IMG/VR virus record: IMGVR_UViG_2588253749_000002
Origin: a virus
Lineage: Duplodnaviria > Heunggongvirae > Uroviricota > Caudoviricetes
Reading direction: 5' to 3' (one strand)
DNA: 49,982 bases
Part shown: in pieces, positions 11,291 through 21,495 of the stretch
Numbering within the stretch: the stretch's first letter is position 1
How the letters are laid out: each line of letters begins with the position of its first letter
The notes under the pieces: generated by a model
What the model saw: the letters and a program-made list of their open reading frames with translations, nothing else
Databases searched by the model: none
What the model was told of the DNA's origin: nothing
Translations under genes and position numbers: made by a program

Positions 11291-12220
11291 ATGGCAAACA
11301 CTGCTGAGATATTCAATTTTCCAGTGCCGGATGCGGCACAAAAGGAGCCGCGCGTGGCAGATCTCGATGATGGTTATACGCGCATTGCAAATGAGTTGCT
11401 GGAAGCTGTGATGCTGGCCGGATTAACACAGCACCAGCTTCTGGTCTTCCTGGCTGTCATGCGCAAAACATATGGCTTTAATAAAAAACTGGATTGGGTG
11501 AGCAACGAGCAACTGTCCGGATTGACCGGGATATTACCGCACAAGTGTTCTGCTGCAAAAAGTGTTCTGGTAAAGCGTGGGATTTTGATTCAGAGCGGGC
11601 GGAATATCGGTATTAATAATGTGGTCAGTGAATGGTCAACATTACCCGAATCAGGTAAGAAAAATAAAGTTTACCTGAAAGAGGTAAATTTACCTGAATC
11701 AGGTAAGAAAAGTTTACCCAAATCAGGTAAAGGCGTTTACCCGAATCAGGTAAACACAAAAGACAAACTAACAAAAGACAATATAAAACCTTTTTCGTCC
11801 GAGAATTCTGGCGAATCCTCTGACCAACCAGAAAACGATCTTCCTGTGGTGAAACCAGATGCTGCAATTCAGAGCGGCAGCAAGTGGGGGACAGCAGAAG
11901 ACCTGACCGCCGCAGAGTGGATGTTTGACATGGTGAAGACCATCGCACCATCAGCCAGAAAACCGAATTTTGCAGGGTGGGCTAACGATATCCGCCTGAT
12001 GCGTGAACGTGACGGACGTAACCACCGCGACATGTGCGTGCTTTTCCGCTGGGCATGCCAGGACAACTTCTGGTCCGGTAACGTGCTAAGTCCGGCCAAA
12101 CTCCGCGACAAGTGGACCCAACTCGAAATCAACCGTAACAAGCAACAGGCAGGCATGATAGCCAGCAAACCAAAACTCGACCTGACAAACACTGACTGGA
12201 TTTACGGGGTGGATTTATGA
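11291..12220 (+). CDS. O: Replication initiator O
   Basis: N-terminal region like lambda O (MANTAEIFNF...ADLDDGY...); strong GGGAGGA RBS before ATG 11291; iterons inside the gene; stop overlaps P start. Confidence 0.85.
   Translation: MANTAEIFNFPVPDAAQKEPRVADLDDGYTRIANELLEAVMLAGLTQHQLLVFLAVMRKTYGFNKKLDWVSNEQLSGLTGILPHKCSAAKSVLVKRGILIQSGRNIGINNVVSEWSTLPESGKKNKVYLKEVNLPESGKKSLPKSGKGVYPNQVNTKDKLTKDNIKPFSSENSGESSDQPENDLPVVKPDAAIQSGSKWGTAEDLTAAEWMFDMVKTIAPSARKPNFAGWANDIRLMRERDGRNHRDMCVLFRWACQDNFWSGNVLSPAKLRDKWTQLEINRNKQQAGMIASKPKLDLTNTDWIYGVDL
11642..11753. repeat. Origin iterons (ori) inside O
   Basis: Four to five direct repeats TTACC(C/T)(G/A)AATCAGGTAA(G/A) at about 24-bp spacing (11642, 11670 degenerate, 11690, 11714, 11737) followed by an A-rich stretch. 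Confidence 0.7.
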
Positions 12221-12919
12221 AAAACATCGCCGCACAGATGGTTAACTTTGACCGTGAGCAGATGCGTCGGATCGCCAACAACATGCCGGAAACAGTACGA
12301 CGAAAAGCCGCAGGTACAGCAGGTAGCGCAGATCATCAACGGTGTGTTCAGCCAGTTACTGGCAACTTTCCCGGCGAGCCTGGCTAACCGTGACCAGAAT
12401 GAACTGAACGAAATCCGCCGCCAGTGGGTGCTGGCTTTTCGGGAAAACGGGATCACCACAATGGAACAGGTTAACGCTGGAATGCGCGTAGCCCGTCGGC
12501 AGAATCGACCATTCCTGCCATCACCCGGGCAGTTTGTCGCCTGGTGCCGGGAAGAAGCATCCGTTACCGCCGGGCTGCCAAACGCCAGCGAGCTGGTTGA
12601 TATGGTTTACGAGTATTGCCGGACGCGCGGGCTGTATCCGGATGCAGAGTCTTATCCGTGGAAATCAAACGCGCACTACTGGCTGGTTACCAACCTGTAT
12701 CAGAACATGCGGGCCAATGCGTTGACTGACGCGGAATTACGGCGCAAGGCTGCCGATGAACTGTCCTGTATGACCGCACGAATTAACCGTGGTGAGGCTA
12801 TACCTGAACCAGTAAAACAACTTCCTGTCATGGGCGGTAGACCTCTAAATCGTGCACAGGCTCTGGCGAAGATCGCAGAAATCAAAGCTAAGTTTGGGCT
12901 GAAAGGAGCAAGGGTATGA
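12217..12919 (+). pseudogene. P: Replication protein P, frameshifted
   Basis: ATG 12217 gives MKNIAAQMVNFDREQMRRIANNMPE, then the frame runs to a stop at 12385-12387; the rest of P continues in the +1 frame to 12919; consistent with one extra A in the run at 12290-12292. Confidence 0.8.
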
Positions 12920-13230
12920 CGGGCAAAGAGGCAATTATTCATTACCTGGGGACTCATAAGAAATTCTGTGCGCAGGACGTTGCCGCGGTAACAGGCGCAA
13001 CGGTAACCAGCATAAATCAGGCTGCGGCTAAAATGGCACGGGCAGGTCTTCTGGCTATCGAAGGTAAGGTCTGGCGAACGGTGTATTACCGGTTTGCTAC
13101 CAGAGAAAAACGGGAAGGAAAGGTGAGCACGAATCTGATTTTTAAGGAGTGTCGCCAGAGTGCCGCGATGAAACGGGTATTGAGGGTATTGGATTTGCCC
13201 CTATATTTCCAGACATCTGTTATCACTTAA
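12916..13230 (+). CDS. ren: Ren-like protein, 3' end altered by IS2 insertion
   Basis: First 90 or so aa match lambda Ren; reading frame enters the IS2 end at 13190. Confidence 0.8.
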
Positions 13231-14106
13231 CCCATTACAAGCCCGCTGCCGCAGATATTCCCGTGGCGAGCGATAACCCAGCGCACTATGCGGATGCCAT
13301 TCGTTATAATGCTCGAACGCCTCTGCAAGGTTCTTTGCTGCCGTTAACCCGTCTGGTTTGGGCATGATACTGATGTAGTCACGCTTTATCGTTTTCACGA
13401 AGCTCTCTGCTATTCCGTTACTCTCCGGACTCCGCACCGCCGTGTTCTTCGGTTCAAGTCCCAACATCCGGGCGAACTGGCGTGTTTCATTAGCCCGGTA
13501 GCATGAACCATTATCCGTCAGCCACTCCACTGGAGACGACGGAAGATCGTTGCCGAAGCGGCGTTCCACCGCTCCCAGCATGACGTCCTGTACTGTTTCA
13601 CTGTTGAAGCCGCCGGTAGTCACCGCCCAGTGCAGTGCCTCACGATCACAGCAGTCCAGCGCGAACGTGACACGCAGTCTCTCTCCGTTATCACAGCAGA
13701 ACTCGAACCCGTCAGAGCACCATCGCTGATTGCTTTCTTTCACGGCCACTCTGCCTGTATGTGCCCGTTTCGATGGCGGTACAGCAGGTTTTCGCTCAAG
13801 CAACAGCGCATTCTGGCGCATGATCCGGTAAACACGTTTGGCATTGATCGCAGGCATACCATCAAGTTCTGCCTGTCTGCGAAGCAGCGCCCATACCCGA
13901 CGATAACCATACGTGGGCAGCTCTCCGATAACATGGTGTATACGGAGAAGCACATCCGTATCATCAGTGTGACGACTGCGGCGGCCATCCATCCAGTCAT
14001 CGGTTCGTCTGAGAATGACGTGCAACTGCGCACGCGACACCCGGAGACAACGGCTGACTAAGCTTACTCCCCATCCCCGGGCAATAAGGGCGCGTGCGCT
14101 ATCCAC
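13201..14106 (-). CDS. insD: IS2 transposase OrfB (InsD)
   Basis: 301-aa DDE transposase ORF overlapping insC. Confidence 0.9.
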
Positions 14107-14429
14107 TTTTTTGCCCGTCCATATTCAACGGCTTCTTTGAGGAGTTCATTTTCCATCGTTTTCTTGCCGAGCAGGCGCTGGAGTTCTTTAATCTGCTTCA
14201 TGGCGGCAGCAAGTTCAGAGGCAGGAACAACCTGTTCTCCGGCGGCGACAGCAGTAAGACTTCCTTCCTGGTATTGCTTACGCCAGAGAAATAACTGGCT
14301 GGCTGCTACACCATGTTGCCGGGCAACGAGGGAGACCGTCATCCCCGGTTCAAAGCTCTGCTGAACAATTGCGATCTTTTCCTGTGTGGTACGCCGTCTG
14401 CGTTTCTCCGGCCCTAAGACATCAATCAT
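14064..14429 (-). CDS. insC: IS2 transposase OrfA (InsC)
   Basis: 121 aa from [14 protein letters not shown]... Confidence 0.9.
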
Positions 14430-14621
14430 CTGTTCTCCAATGACTAGTCTAAAAACTAGTATTAAGACTATCACTTATTTAAGTGATACTGGTTGTCTGG
14501 AGATTCAGGGGGCCAGTCTAGGTATATAAAAGAACATCAATGGGTACACAATGATGAAACAGGTGAGTTGAGTTCAAACTGTAGTACAATTCTCTCCAGT
14601 TTGAACAGGAAAGAATATTCT

Positions 14622-14954
14622 ATGAACCCTTATATTTATCTTGGTGGTGCAATACTTGCAGAGGTCATTGGTACAACCTTAATGAAGTTTTCAGAAGGTT
14701 TTACACGGTTATGGCCATCTGTTGGTACAATTATTTGTTATTGTGCATCATTCTGGTTATTAGCTCAGACGCTGGCTTATATTCCTACAGGGATTGCTTA
14801 TGCTATCTGGTCAGGAGTCGGTATTGTCCTGATTAGCTTACTGTCATGGGGACTTTTCGGCCAACGGCTGGACCTGCCAGCCATTATAGGCATGATGTTG
14901 ATTTGTGCCGGTGTGTTGGTTATTAATTTATTGTCACGAAGCACACCACATTAA
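14622..14954 (+). CDS. emrE: SMR-family multidrug efflux transporter EmrE
   Basis: 110 aa from MNPYIYLGGAILAEVIGTTLMKFSEGF...; four TM segments; low-GC context. Confidence 0.9.
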   Translation: MNPYIYLGGAILAEVIGTTLMKFSEGFTRLWPSVGTIICYCASFWLLAQTLAYIPTGIAYAIWSGVGIVLISLLSWGLFGQRLDLPAIIGMMLICAGVLVINLLSRSTPH

Positions 14955-15210
14955 AAATAATTTGTTTCTAAACGACTAAAATATGGAGGCTCTTATATTT
15001 ATATGAGCCTCGTTTTATGCTTTTTGTTAATGTCTTTATTTTTTTATGTATTCTTTTGTGCTTTCAAGATTATGGCGTAAGAAAATTGCAATACGATTAT
15101 TGTTGTATATTCAAGATAATGTGACCTTAATTGTCTTTTTAAATAAAAATTAAACAAAAATTATATCCCACCACTAAGGTTTATAAAAGCATACGTTAGC
15201 AGGTGTCACC

Positions 15211-16737
15211 ATGAAAAAAGCCATAGCATATATGCGATTTTCATCACCAGGTCAGATGTCTGGCGACTCATTAAACCGACAGAGAAGACTTATTGCTGAA
15301 TGGTTAAAGGTAAATAGTGATTATTATCTTGATACCATAACATATGAAGATTTAGGATTAAGTGCATTCAAAGGAAAGCATGCACAATCAGGAGCTTTTT
15401 CGGAATTTTTAGATGCTATAGAGCATGGTTATATATTGCCAGGAACTACATTGTTAGTTGAAAGTCTGGACAGACTTTCAAGAGAAAAAGTCGGTGAAGC
15501 GATTGAACGTCTGAAATTGATTTTGAATCACGGTATTGATGTTATAACTCTTTGCGACAATACAGTCTATAATATTGACTCTTTGAATGAGCCATATTCA
15601 TTAATAAAAGCCATACTTATAGCACAAAGGGCAAATGAAGAAAGCGAGATAAAGTCAAGTCGGGTTAAATTATCATGGAAGAAAAAACGGCAGGATGCAC
15701 TGGAGTCAGGCACGATTATGACGGCGTCTTGTCCGAGATGGCTCTCATTGGATGACAAAAGAACAGCTTTTATTCCAGACCCCGACAGGGTGAAAACGAT
15801 TGAGCTAATTTTTAAACTCAGGATGGAAAGGCGATCATTGAATGCAATAGCCAAGTATTTAAATGATCATGCTGTAAAAAATTTCTCAGGAAAAGAAAGT
15901 GCATGGGGGCCTTCTGTAATTGAAAAATTATTAGCGAATAAAGCTCTGATAGGTATATGCGTACCTTCATATCGTGCAAGAGGTAAAGGAATAAGTGAAA
16001 TCGCTGGCTATTATCCCAGAGTCATATCAGATGATTTGTTTTACGCTGTGCAGGAAATTCGATTGGCACCTTTTGGTATTAGCAATAGTAGCAAAAATCC
16101 TATGTTGATAAATCTACTTCGAACAGTTATGAAGTGCGAGGCTTGTGGTAATACCATGATTGTTCATGCGGTATCTGGAAGTTTGCATGGCTATTATGTT
16201 TGTCCGATGAGAAGACTGCATCGATGTGACAGGCCATCAATAAAGAGAGATTTGGTTGATTATAATATCATTAATGAGTTGCTTTTTAATTGTAGTAAAA
16301 TCCAACCAGTTGAAAACAAGAAAGATGCTAATGAAACTTTAGAGTTGAAAATTATTGAGCTCCAGATGAAAATTAATAATTTAATTGCTGCATTATCTGT
16401 TGCGCCTGAAGTTACCGCTATAGCAGAAAAAATCAGAGTATTAGATAAGGAATTACGAAGGGCTTCTGTATCATTAAAAACTTTGAAGAGTAAAGCGGTG
16501 AGCTCACTTGGTGATTTTCATGCTATTGACTTAACCAGTAAAAATGGGCGAGAGCTATGTCGTACACTTGCCTATAAAACATTCGAAAAAATCATAATCA
16601 ATACAGATAATAAAACCTGTGATATCTATTTTATGAATGGCATTGTTTTTAAACACTATCCTTTAATGAAAACAATATCCGCCCAGCAGGCGATAAGTAC
16701 TCTCAAATATATGGTTGATGGTGAGGTTTATTTTTGA
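15211..16737 (+). CDS. ybcK: Large serine recombinase (YbcK-like)
   Basis: 508 aa; N-terminal resolvase-type domain with candidate Ser in YMRFSSPGQ, Cys-rich zinc-ribbon segment and C-terminal coiled coil; AT-rich. Confidence 0.85.
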   Translation: MKKAIAYMRFSSPGQMSGDSLNRQRRLIAEWLKVNSDYYLDTITYEDLGLSAFKGKHAQSGAFSEFLDAIEHGYILPGTTLLVESLDRLSREKVGEAIERLKLILNHGIDVITLCDNTVYNIDSLNEPYSLIKAILIAQRANEESEIKSSRVKLSWKKKRQDALESGTIMTASCPRWLSLDDKRTAFIPDPDRVKTIELIFKLRMERRSLNAIAKYLNDHAVKNFSGKESAWGPSVIEKLLANKALIGICVPSYRARGKGISEIAGYYPRVISDDLFYAVQEIRLAPFGISNSSKNPMLINLLRTVMKCEACGNTMIVHAVSGSLHGYYVCPMRRLHRCDRPSIKRDLVDYNIINELLFNCSKIQPVENKKDANETLELKIIELQMKINNLIAALSVAPEVTAIAEKIRVLDKELRRASVSLKTLKSKAVSSLGDFHAIDLTSKNGRELCRTLAYKTFEKIIINTDNKTCDIYFMNGIVFKHYPLMKTISAQQAISTLKYMVDGEVYF

Positions 16738-16848
16738 GTAATAATCACTTTTTCAACCGTGCTATAGTAAGAAAGTTAGGGAAGTACAATAAAATTATCT
16801 ATCCTGAACGAAGCGTCCTGAGCTATGGTTTTACTATAGGGACTGCCA

Positions 16849-17172
16849 ATGGATGCTGGCGTTCTCGTTCTAGCAGTTCAACAATTCCCAATCACAAAAC
16901 AATTCACTGATAACGAACTTTGCACACTCGCCTGGTTATGGCGAGCAGGGGATGCGATGTTAACCGCCTGCCAGAACGTTACTCCCCTTCTTCAGGTTGC
17001 GGAGCATCGTGAAGCTGGTCGCTTCACTTCCATCGAGCAAGAATATTCCCAGATACTCACCAGAGCGCGAGCAATCCTCGCCAGAGAAACGGCACATGTA
17101 AAATTCCAGCCGTGGCTGGATGATAAGTGGAGTCGAGTGTTACCATATTTCCGTCAGAATCTGTTGCAATAA
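16849..17172 (+). CDS. Hypothetical protein
   Basis: 107-aa ORF followed by a clear terminator. Confidence 0.45.
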   Translation: MDAGVLVLAVQQFPITKQFTDNELCTLAWLWRAGDAMLTACQNVTPLLQVAEHREAGRFTSIEQEYSQILTRARAILARETAHVKFQPWLDDKWSRVLPYFRQNLLQ

Positions 17173-17192
17173 AGTCACTGGTTAGAAATACT

Positions 17193-17230
17193 GCCAGCAT
17201 TCTACGATGACGGAAGTGCTGGCATTTTTT
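17193..17230 (+). terminator. Rho-independent terminator
   Basis: GCCAGCA...TGCTGGC hairpin followed by ATTTTTT. Confidence 0.5.
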
Positions 17231-17410
17231 GGGGTAATGTGCGAGTCCATTTCATAAAATACGGGTGCTGTAAACTGGACGAAATAATCTAAAAGACACC
17301 ATTACCAGTAGCATTCAAATCGCTATGTGCCGATACGGATAAAATTATATTGATTGTTCACATACCTTATTGGATATTACTGAGGGGTATTTATATAAGG
17401 TGTAACGATA

Positions 17411-17917
17411 ATGTGGAACTTTGACAGTGCCGACTTAAGTGCAATAGCAGCAGGCATTTCTGCGTTTGGCACATTAGCCGCAGCGGGGTCGGCGCTTGCA
17501 AGTTGGTACACGTCAAAAAAAGCGCTGCAGCTACAAAATAGAGTTTACCTTTATGAGTCTTTAAAGGCTTGCGCTGAGAGAGCCAATACATCAGCTAAAG
17601 ATAAGCGCGGATCTGAATGGAGCGTTAATGATGCAGCGGATATCATCAGGTGCCTGGTACGGGCGATGGAGATCATCAAGCAGGATAGCCAGCAGAAAGA
17701 AGGTAATCAGGCATTAATGTTGAAACAGTACTTTGTTAATCTGCTAATAATGGAACTGTACGAGGAAGTTCATAACGGTGATGTGGCTGATTCTGTTTTT
17801 AAAAGTACGGAACCTACACAAGTACTTGATAATTTATGGAACAAATGGCAGGAGGCTATAGCTTTTTTTGATATTTGGAATTACCCAGTTGTGACTGAGG
17901 AAGACTTGGCAGACTAA
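17411..17917 (+). CDS. Hypothetical membrane-anchored protein
   Basis: 168 aa; N-terminal hydrophobic helix (LSAIAAGISAFGTLAAAGSALASWY); own AT-rich upstream region and RBS. Confidence 0.5.
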   Translation: MWNFDSADLSAIAAGISAFGTLAAAGSALASWYTSKKALQLQNRVYLYESLKACAERANTSAKDKRGSEWSVNDAADIIRCLVRAMEIIKQDSQQKEGNQALMLKQYFVNLLIMELYEEVHNGDVADSVFKSTEPTQVLDNLWNKWQEAIAFFDIWNYPVVTEEDLAD

Positions 17918-18111
17918 TTTTCAGCACATTTGATTTCCCATAATCAACCAGCCATAATCATGCCATTGGAGCTTGAACAACTCCGGTGACTTCTGCGCTA
18001 AACGGGGACGTTTATGCGCACATACAATCCAAACTATCTTCTCCCTTCACAGATGCAGAAATGCACCTGCGATATCTTGCATCCAGCGTTTGATCTCTGC
18101 GGAGGTGAAGC

Positions 18112-18567
18112 GTGAACTTCCCACAAGATGGCATCAAACTGCATCGCGGTAACTTCACCGCTATCGGTCGGCAGATCCAGCCTTATCTGGAGGACGGCAA
18201 ATGCTTTCGCATGGTGCTTAAACCATGGCGCGAGAGACGCAGTCTTTCCCAGAATGCACTCAGCCACATGTGGTACAGCGAAATCAGTGAATACCTCATC
18301 AGCAGGGGTAAAACGTTCGCCACTCCAGCTTGGGTAAAAGATGCTCTCAAACACACTTATCTCGGTTATGAAACCAAAGAACTGGTTGATGTCGTAACCG
18401 GTGAAATCACCACCATTCAGTCATTACGTCATACCTCCGATCTCGATACCGGAGAGATGTATGTCTTCCTGTGTAAGGTTGAAGCCTGGGCGATGAATAT
18501 TGGCTGCCACCTGACTATTCCGCAGAGCTGCGAGTTCCAGCTGCTGCGCGACAAGCAGGAGGCGTAA
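18112..18567 (+). CDS. ybcN: NinB/Orf-family recombination protein (YbcN-like)
   Basis: 151-aa ORF matching DLP12 YbcN. Confidence 0.8.
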   Translation: MNFPQDGIKLHRGNFTAIGRQIQPYLEDGKCFRMVLKPWRERRSLSQNALSHMWYSEISEYLISRGKTFATPAWVKDALKHTYLGYETKELVDVVTGEITTIQSLRHTSDLDTGEMYVFLCKVEAWAMNIGCHLTIPQSCEFQLLRDKQEA

Positions 18568-18737
18568 TGGCTACACCGCTTATTCGTGTCATGAACGGAC
18601 ACATCTACAAAGTACCAAATCGTCGTAAGCGTAAACCTGAGCTGAAGCCATCCGAAATACCAACTCTGCTCGGATATACCGCCAGCCTGGTTGATAAAAA
18701 ATGGTTGCGACTGGCAGCAAGGAGGAATCATGGCTGA
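18567..18737 (+). CDS. ninE: NinE-like protein
   Basis: 56-aa ORF below the track cutoff ([27 protein letters not shown]...[13 protein letters not shown]), ATG overlapping ybcN stop. Confidence 0.6.
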   Translation: MATPLIRVMNGHIYKVPNRRKRKPELKPSEIPTLLGYTASLVDKKWLRLAARRNHG

Positions 18738-19020
18738 TTTGAGAAAAGCAGCGCGTGGTCGGGAATGCCAGGTAAGAATCCCTGGCGTATGTAATGGCAA
18801 TCCTGAAACGTCAGTACTGGCACATATCCGGCTGGCTGGATTGTGCGGTACCGGTATCAAACCGCCAGACCTGATTGCCACCATTGCATGTTCTGCCTGC
18901 CACGACGAAATCGACCGTCGCACGCATTTTGTTGACGCTGGATATGCAAAAGAATGCGCGCTGGAAGGTATGGCGAGAACACAGGTTATCTGGTTGAAAG
19001 AGGGGGTTATTGAGGCGTGA
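18730..19020 (+). CDS. ybcO: YbcO-like putative nuclease (DUF1364)
   Basis: 96 aa from [19 protein letters not shown]... Confidence 0.8.
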   Translation: MADLRKAARGRECQVRIPGVCNGNPETSVLAHIRLAGLCGTGIKPPDLIATIACSACHDEIDRRTHFVDAGYAKECALEGMARTQVIWLKEGVIEA

Positions 19021-19379
19021 ATACCTACAGCATCACATTACCCTGGCCGCCGAGCAATAACCGCTACTACCGGCATAATCGCGGGCGCACGCACATCAGC
19101 GCAGAAGGGCAGGCATACCGTGATAACGTCGCCCGAATCATTAAAGGCTCAATGCTGGATATCGGCCTGGCTATTCCTGTGAAAATCCGCATAGAGTGCC
19201 ACATGCCGGATCGCCGTCGCCGTGACCTGGATAATCTGCAAAAAGCCGCTTTTGACGCACTCACCAAAGCAGGTTTCTGGCTGGATGATGCTCAGGTCGT
19301 TGATTACCGCGTTGTGAAGATGCCTGTTACCAAAGGTGGGAGGCTGGAACTGACCATCACCGAAATGGGGAATGAATGA
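19017..19379 (+). CDS. rusA: Holliday-junction resolvase RusA
   Basis: 120-aa ORF matching RusA ([18 protein letters not shown]...); GTG start. Confidence 0.9.
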   Translation: MNTYSITLPWPPSNNRYYRHNRGRTHISAEGQAYRDNVARIIKGSMLDIGLAIPVKIRIECHMPDRRRRDLDNLQKAAFDALTKAGFWLDDAQVVDYRVVKMPVTKGGRLELTITEMGNE

Positions 19380-19516
19380 TGTTTGAGTTTTATATGGCAG
19401 AACTTCTTCGCCACCGCTGGGGGCATCTGCGCTTATATCGTTTCCCCGGTTCTGTTTTGACCGATTACCGAATACTGAAGAATTACGCCAAAACCCTGAC
19501 AGGAGCAGGAGTATGA
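19376..19516 (+). CDS. ylcG: YlcG-like small protein
   Basis: 46-aa ORF below the track cutoff ([46 protein letters not shown]); coordinates +/-1. Confidence 0.5.
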   Translation: MMFEFYMAELLRHRWGHLRLYRFPGSVLTDYRILKNYAKTLTGAGV

Positions 19517-19602
19517 AGTCAGAGATAACAATCAACTAATACTGTTTTGTTGATTTTTGCTTGTAATTGGCGTTTCTGGTCTGATTTTTGTGGAGTAAGT
19601 TG

Positions 19603-19986
19603 ATGCGTGATATTCAGATGGTTCTTGAGCGTTGGGGAGCGTGGGCGGCTAATAATCATGAAGATGTGACCTGGTCGTCCATTGCCGCCGGTTTTAAGGG
19701 ATTAATTCCTTCAAAAGTAAAATCTCGCCCGCAATGTTGTGACGATGACGCGATGATCATTTGCGGGTGCATGGCCCGTCTGAAAAAGAACAACAGCGAT
19801 TTGCACGATTTATTAGTAGATTATTATGTAGTCGGTATGACATTCATGTCACTGGCAGGTAAGCATTGCTGCTCTGATGGTTATATCGGGAAAAGGTTAC
19901 AAAAGGCTGAGGGCATAATTGAAGGGATGTTAATGGCATTAGATATCCGGTTAGAGATGGATATCGTTGTTAATAACTCTAATTAA
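19603..19986 (+). CDS. quuD: Late-gene antiterminator Q (QuuD-like)
   Basis: 127 aa from [22 protein letters not shown]... with a Cys cluster. Confidence 0.85.
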   Translation: MRDIQMVLERWGAWAANNHEDVTWSSIAAGFKGLIPSKVKSRPQCCDDDAMIICGCMARLKKNNSDLHDLLVDYYVVGMTFMSLAGKHCCSDGYIGKRLQKAEGIIEGMLMALDIRLEMDIVVNNSN

Positions 19987-20019
19987 TACGCCAATTATTT
20001 ACTAAAAGTTATTAAAAAT

Positions 20020-20037
20020 GGGGCGTTGAAACGCCCC
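20020..20037 (-). terminator. Hairpin with T-run downstream of nmpC
   Basis: GGGGCG-TTGAAA-CGCCCC followed on the minus strand by ATTTTT. Confidence 0.4.
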
Positions 20038-20174
20038 CAAAAATAAAGGGTAATATATAACAGAAGGTTTGTATAGTTAGAAGCAAGGTTGTGCTTCTAA
20101 AGGAAGTGGCTTGAGGGAGCCACTTATATGTTGGGGAGGCAAAGCCTCCCACAACATATCTTTTAGTAATCAAA

Positions 20175-21257
20175 TTAGAACTGGTAAACCATACCTACAG
20201 CAACGATATCATCGGTAGCAACGCCAGATGCTTTCGTGAAATCGCTCTTATCAATCAGGTTGATTTTGTAGTCAACAAAAGTGGACATATTTTTGTTGAA
20301 GTAATAGGTTGCACCTACATCAACATATTCAACCAGGTCCTGATCACCCCAAACACCCAAGTCTTTTCCTTTAGAATGCAGGTAAGCAACGGATGGACGC
20401 AGGCCGAAGTCGAACTGATATTGTGCAACAGCTTCGAAGTTTTGTGCTTTGTTGGCAATATGGTTATTACCAAAAACAGTCATGTTCTGGGTTTCAGAAT
20501 AGGTGGTGGCCAGATAGATGTTGTTCGCATCATATTTCAGACCAGCTGCCCATACTTCAGCATTTTGACCAGAAGCATTCAGACCGTTGTTACCGTAGAT
20601 AACCTGATTATTAGTGCGATCAGATTTAGCATAGGTTGCACCTACACCGAATCCTTCATACTCATAAGTAGTGGAGAAACCGAAACCATCACCATTAGCT
20701 TCAGTTACGTCAGTGCGGTCATTTTTACCCTGATACTGAGCAGCAAAGTTCAGACCATCAACCAGACCAAAGAAGTCGTTGTTACGATAAGTTGCAACAC
20801 CAGTGGTGCGACCAGTCATGAACACATCTGTTTGAGTCCAAGTGTCACCACCGAATTCTGGCAGGACGTCAGTCCACGCACCGATGTCGTATGCTACACC
20901 GTAGTTACGGCCGTAATCGATGGAGCCGTAGTCACCGAATTTCAGGCCAGCGAAGGCAAGACGGGTTTTATCTTTGGAGGAACCTTGAGATTCAGCGCGG
21001 TTGCCTTTGAATTCATATTCCCACTGACCGAAACCAGTCAGTTGATCGTTGATTTGGGTTTCACCTTTGAAGCCAAGACGGGCATAAGTAGTATCACCAT
21101 CATCTGCATCATTAGAGGAGAAGTAGTGCTTAGCATTAACTTTCCCGTACAGATCCAGCTTGTTACTGTCTTTATTATAAATTTCAGCTGCCTGAGCAGA
21201 CATCGCCATCAGTACTGATGCAGCTACAGCAGAAATTGCCACTGTTAATTTTTTCAT
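20175..21257 (-). CDS. nmpC: Outer-membrane porin, NmpC/OmpD type
   Basis: 360 aa from [23 protein letters not shown] (signal peptide), C-terminal ...VGMVYQF; opposite strand to flanking phage late genes. Confidence 0.85.
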   Translation of the reverse strand: MKKLTVAISAVAASVLMAMSAQAAEIYNKDSNKLDLYGKVNAKHYFSSNDADDGDTTYARLGFKGETQINDQLTGFGQWEYEFKGNRAESQGSSKDKTRLAFAGLKFGDYGSIDYGRNYGVAYDIGAWTDVLPEFGGDTWTQTDVFMTGRTTGVATYRNNDFFGLVDGLNFAAQYQGKNDRTDVTEANGDGFGFSTTYEYEGFGVGATYAKSDRTNNQVIYGNNGLNASGQNAEVWAAGLKYDANNIYLATTYSETQNMTVFGNNHIANKAQNFEAVAQYQFDFGLRPSVAYLHSKGKDLGVWGDQDLVEYVDVGATYYFNKNMSTFVDYKINLIDKSDFTKASGVATDDIVAVGMVYQF

Positions 21258-21454
21258 CGTGAGCCCTTTTTTTGAACTATTATTAAAAAATGATGTCACT
21301 GCGCGATAAATATTCATCTAATCAATATGATTATTTCAAGATGTAAGTTTTAGTTTCTCATTTAATTTGTGAAGTAGATCTCTATTTTTATCTGAACTTT
21401 TTCTATCGAAACCTATTTATGGCTCTTATTTGAACAAAAATAAACCTATTAGCT

Positions 21455-21495
21455 AATTTATATTAATGGCTGTTATTTATGGGGGGGGCTATAAT
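21455..21495 (+). promoter_or_regulatory. Candidate promoter: G8 tract abutting a consensus TATAAT
   Basis: GGGGGGGG at 21481-21488 followed by CTATAAT; weak -35; coordinates approximate. Confidence 0.3.

Larger units (their letters stand above)
13190..14520 (-). mobile_element. IS2 (IS3 family), 1331 bp
   Basis: Ends TGGATTTGCCCC (13190) and GGGGCCAGTCTA (to 14520); insC/insD ORFs; 5-bp direct repeat GGTAT at 13185-13189 and 14521-14525. Confidence 0.9.

Noticed and set aside
11625-12192. Minus-strand ORFs (11625-11951, 11869-12192) within O, and the direct repeats at 11642-11753 as a possible CRISPR-like array
   Set aside because: The repeats are about 18-bp iterons at 24-bp spacing inside the O coding frame, the classic lambdoid origin; no CRISPR repeat-spacer structure or cas genes; antisense ORFs are artefacts.
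13630-14061. 143-aa plus-strand ORF inside IS2, and antisense ORFs inside IS100 (3545-4149)
   Set aside because: Antisense to the transposase genes of the insertion sequences.
18034-18354. 106-aa minus-strand ORF overlapping ybcN/ninB
   Set aside because: Antisense to a conserved nin-region gene.
20376-21218. 280-aa plus-strand ORF across nmpC
   Set aside because: Antisense to the porin gene; the porin frame has the signal peptide and beta-barrel signature, the antisense frame has no recognisable features.
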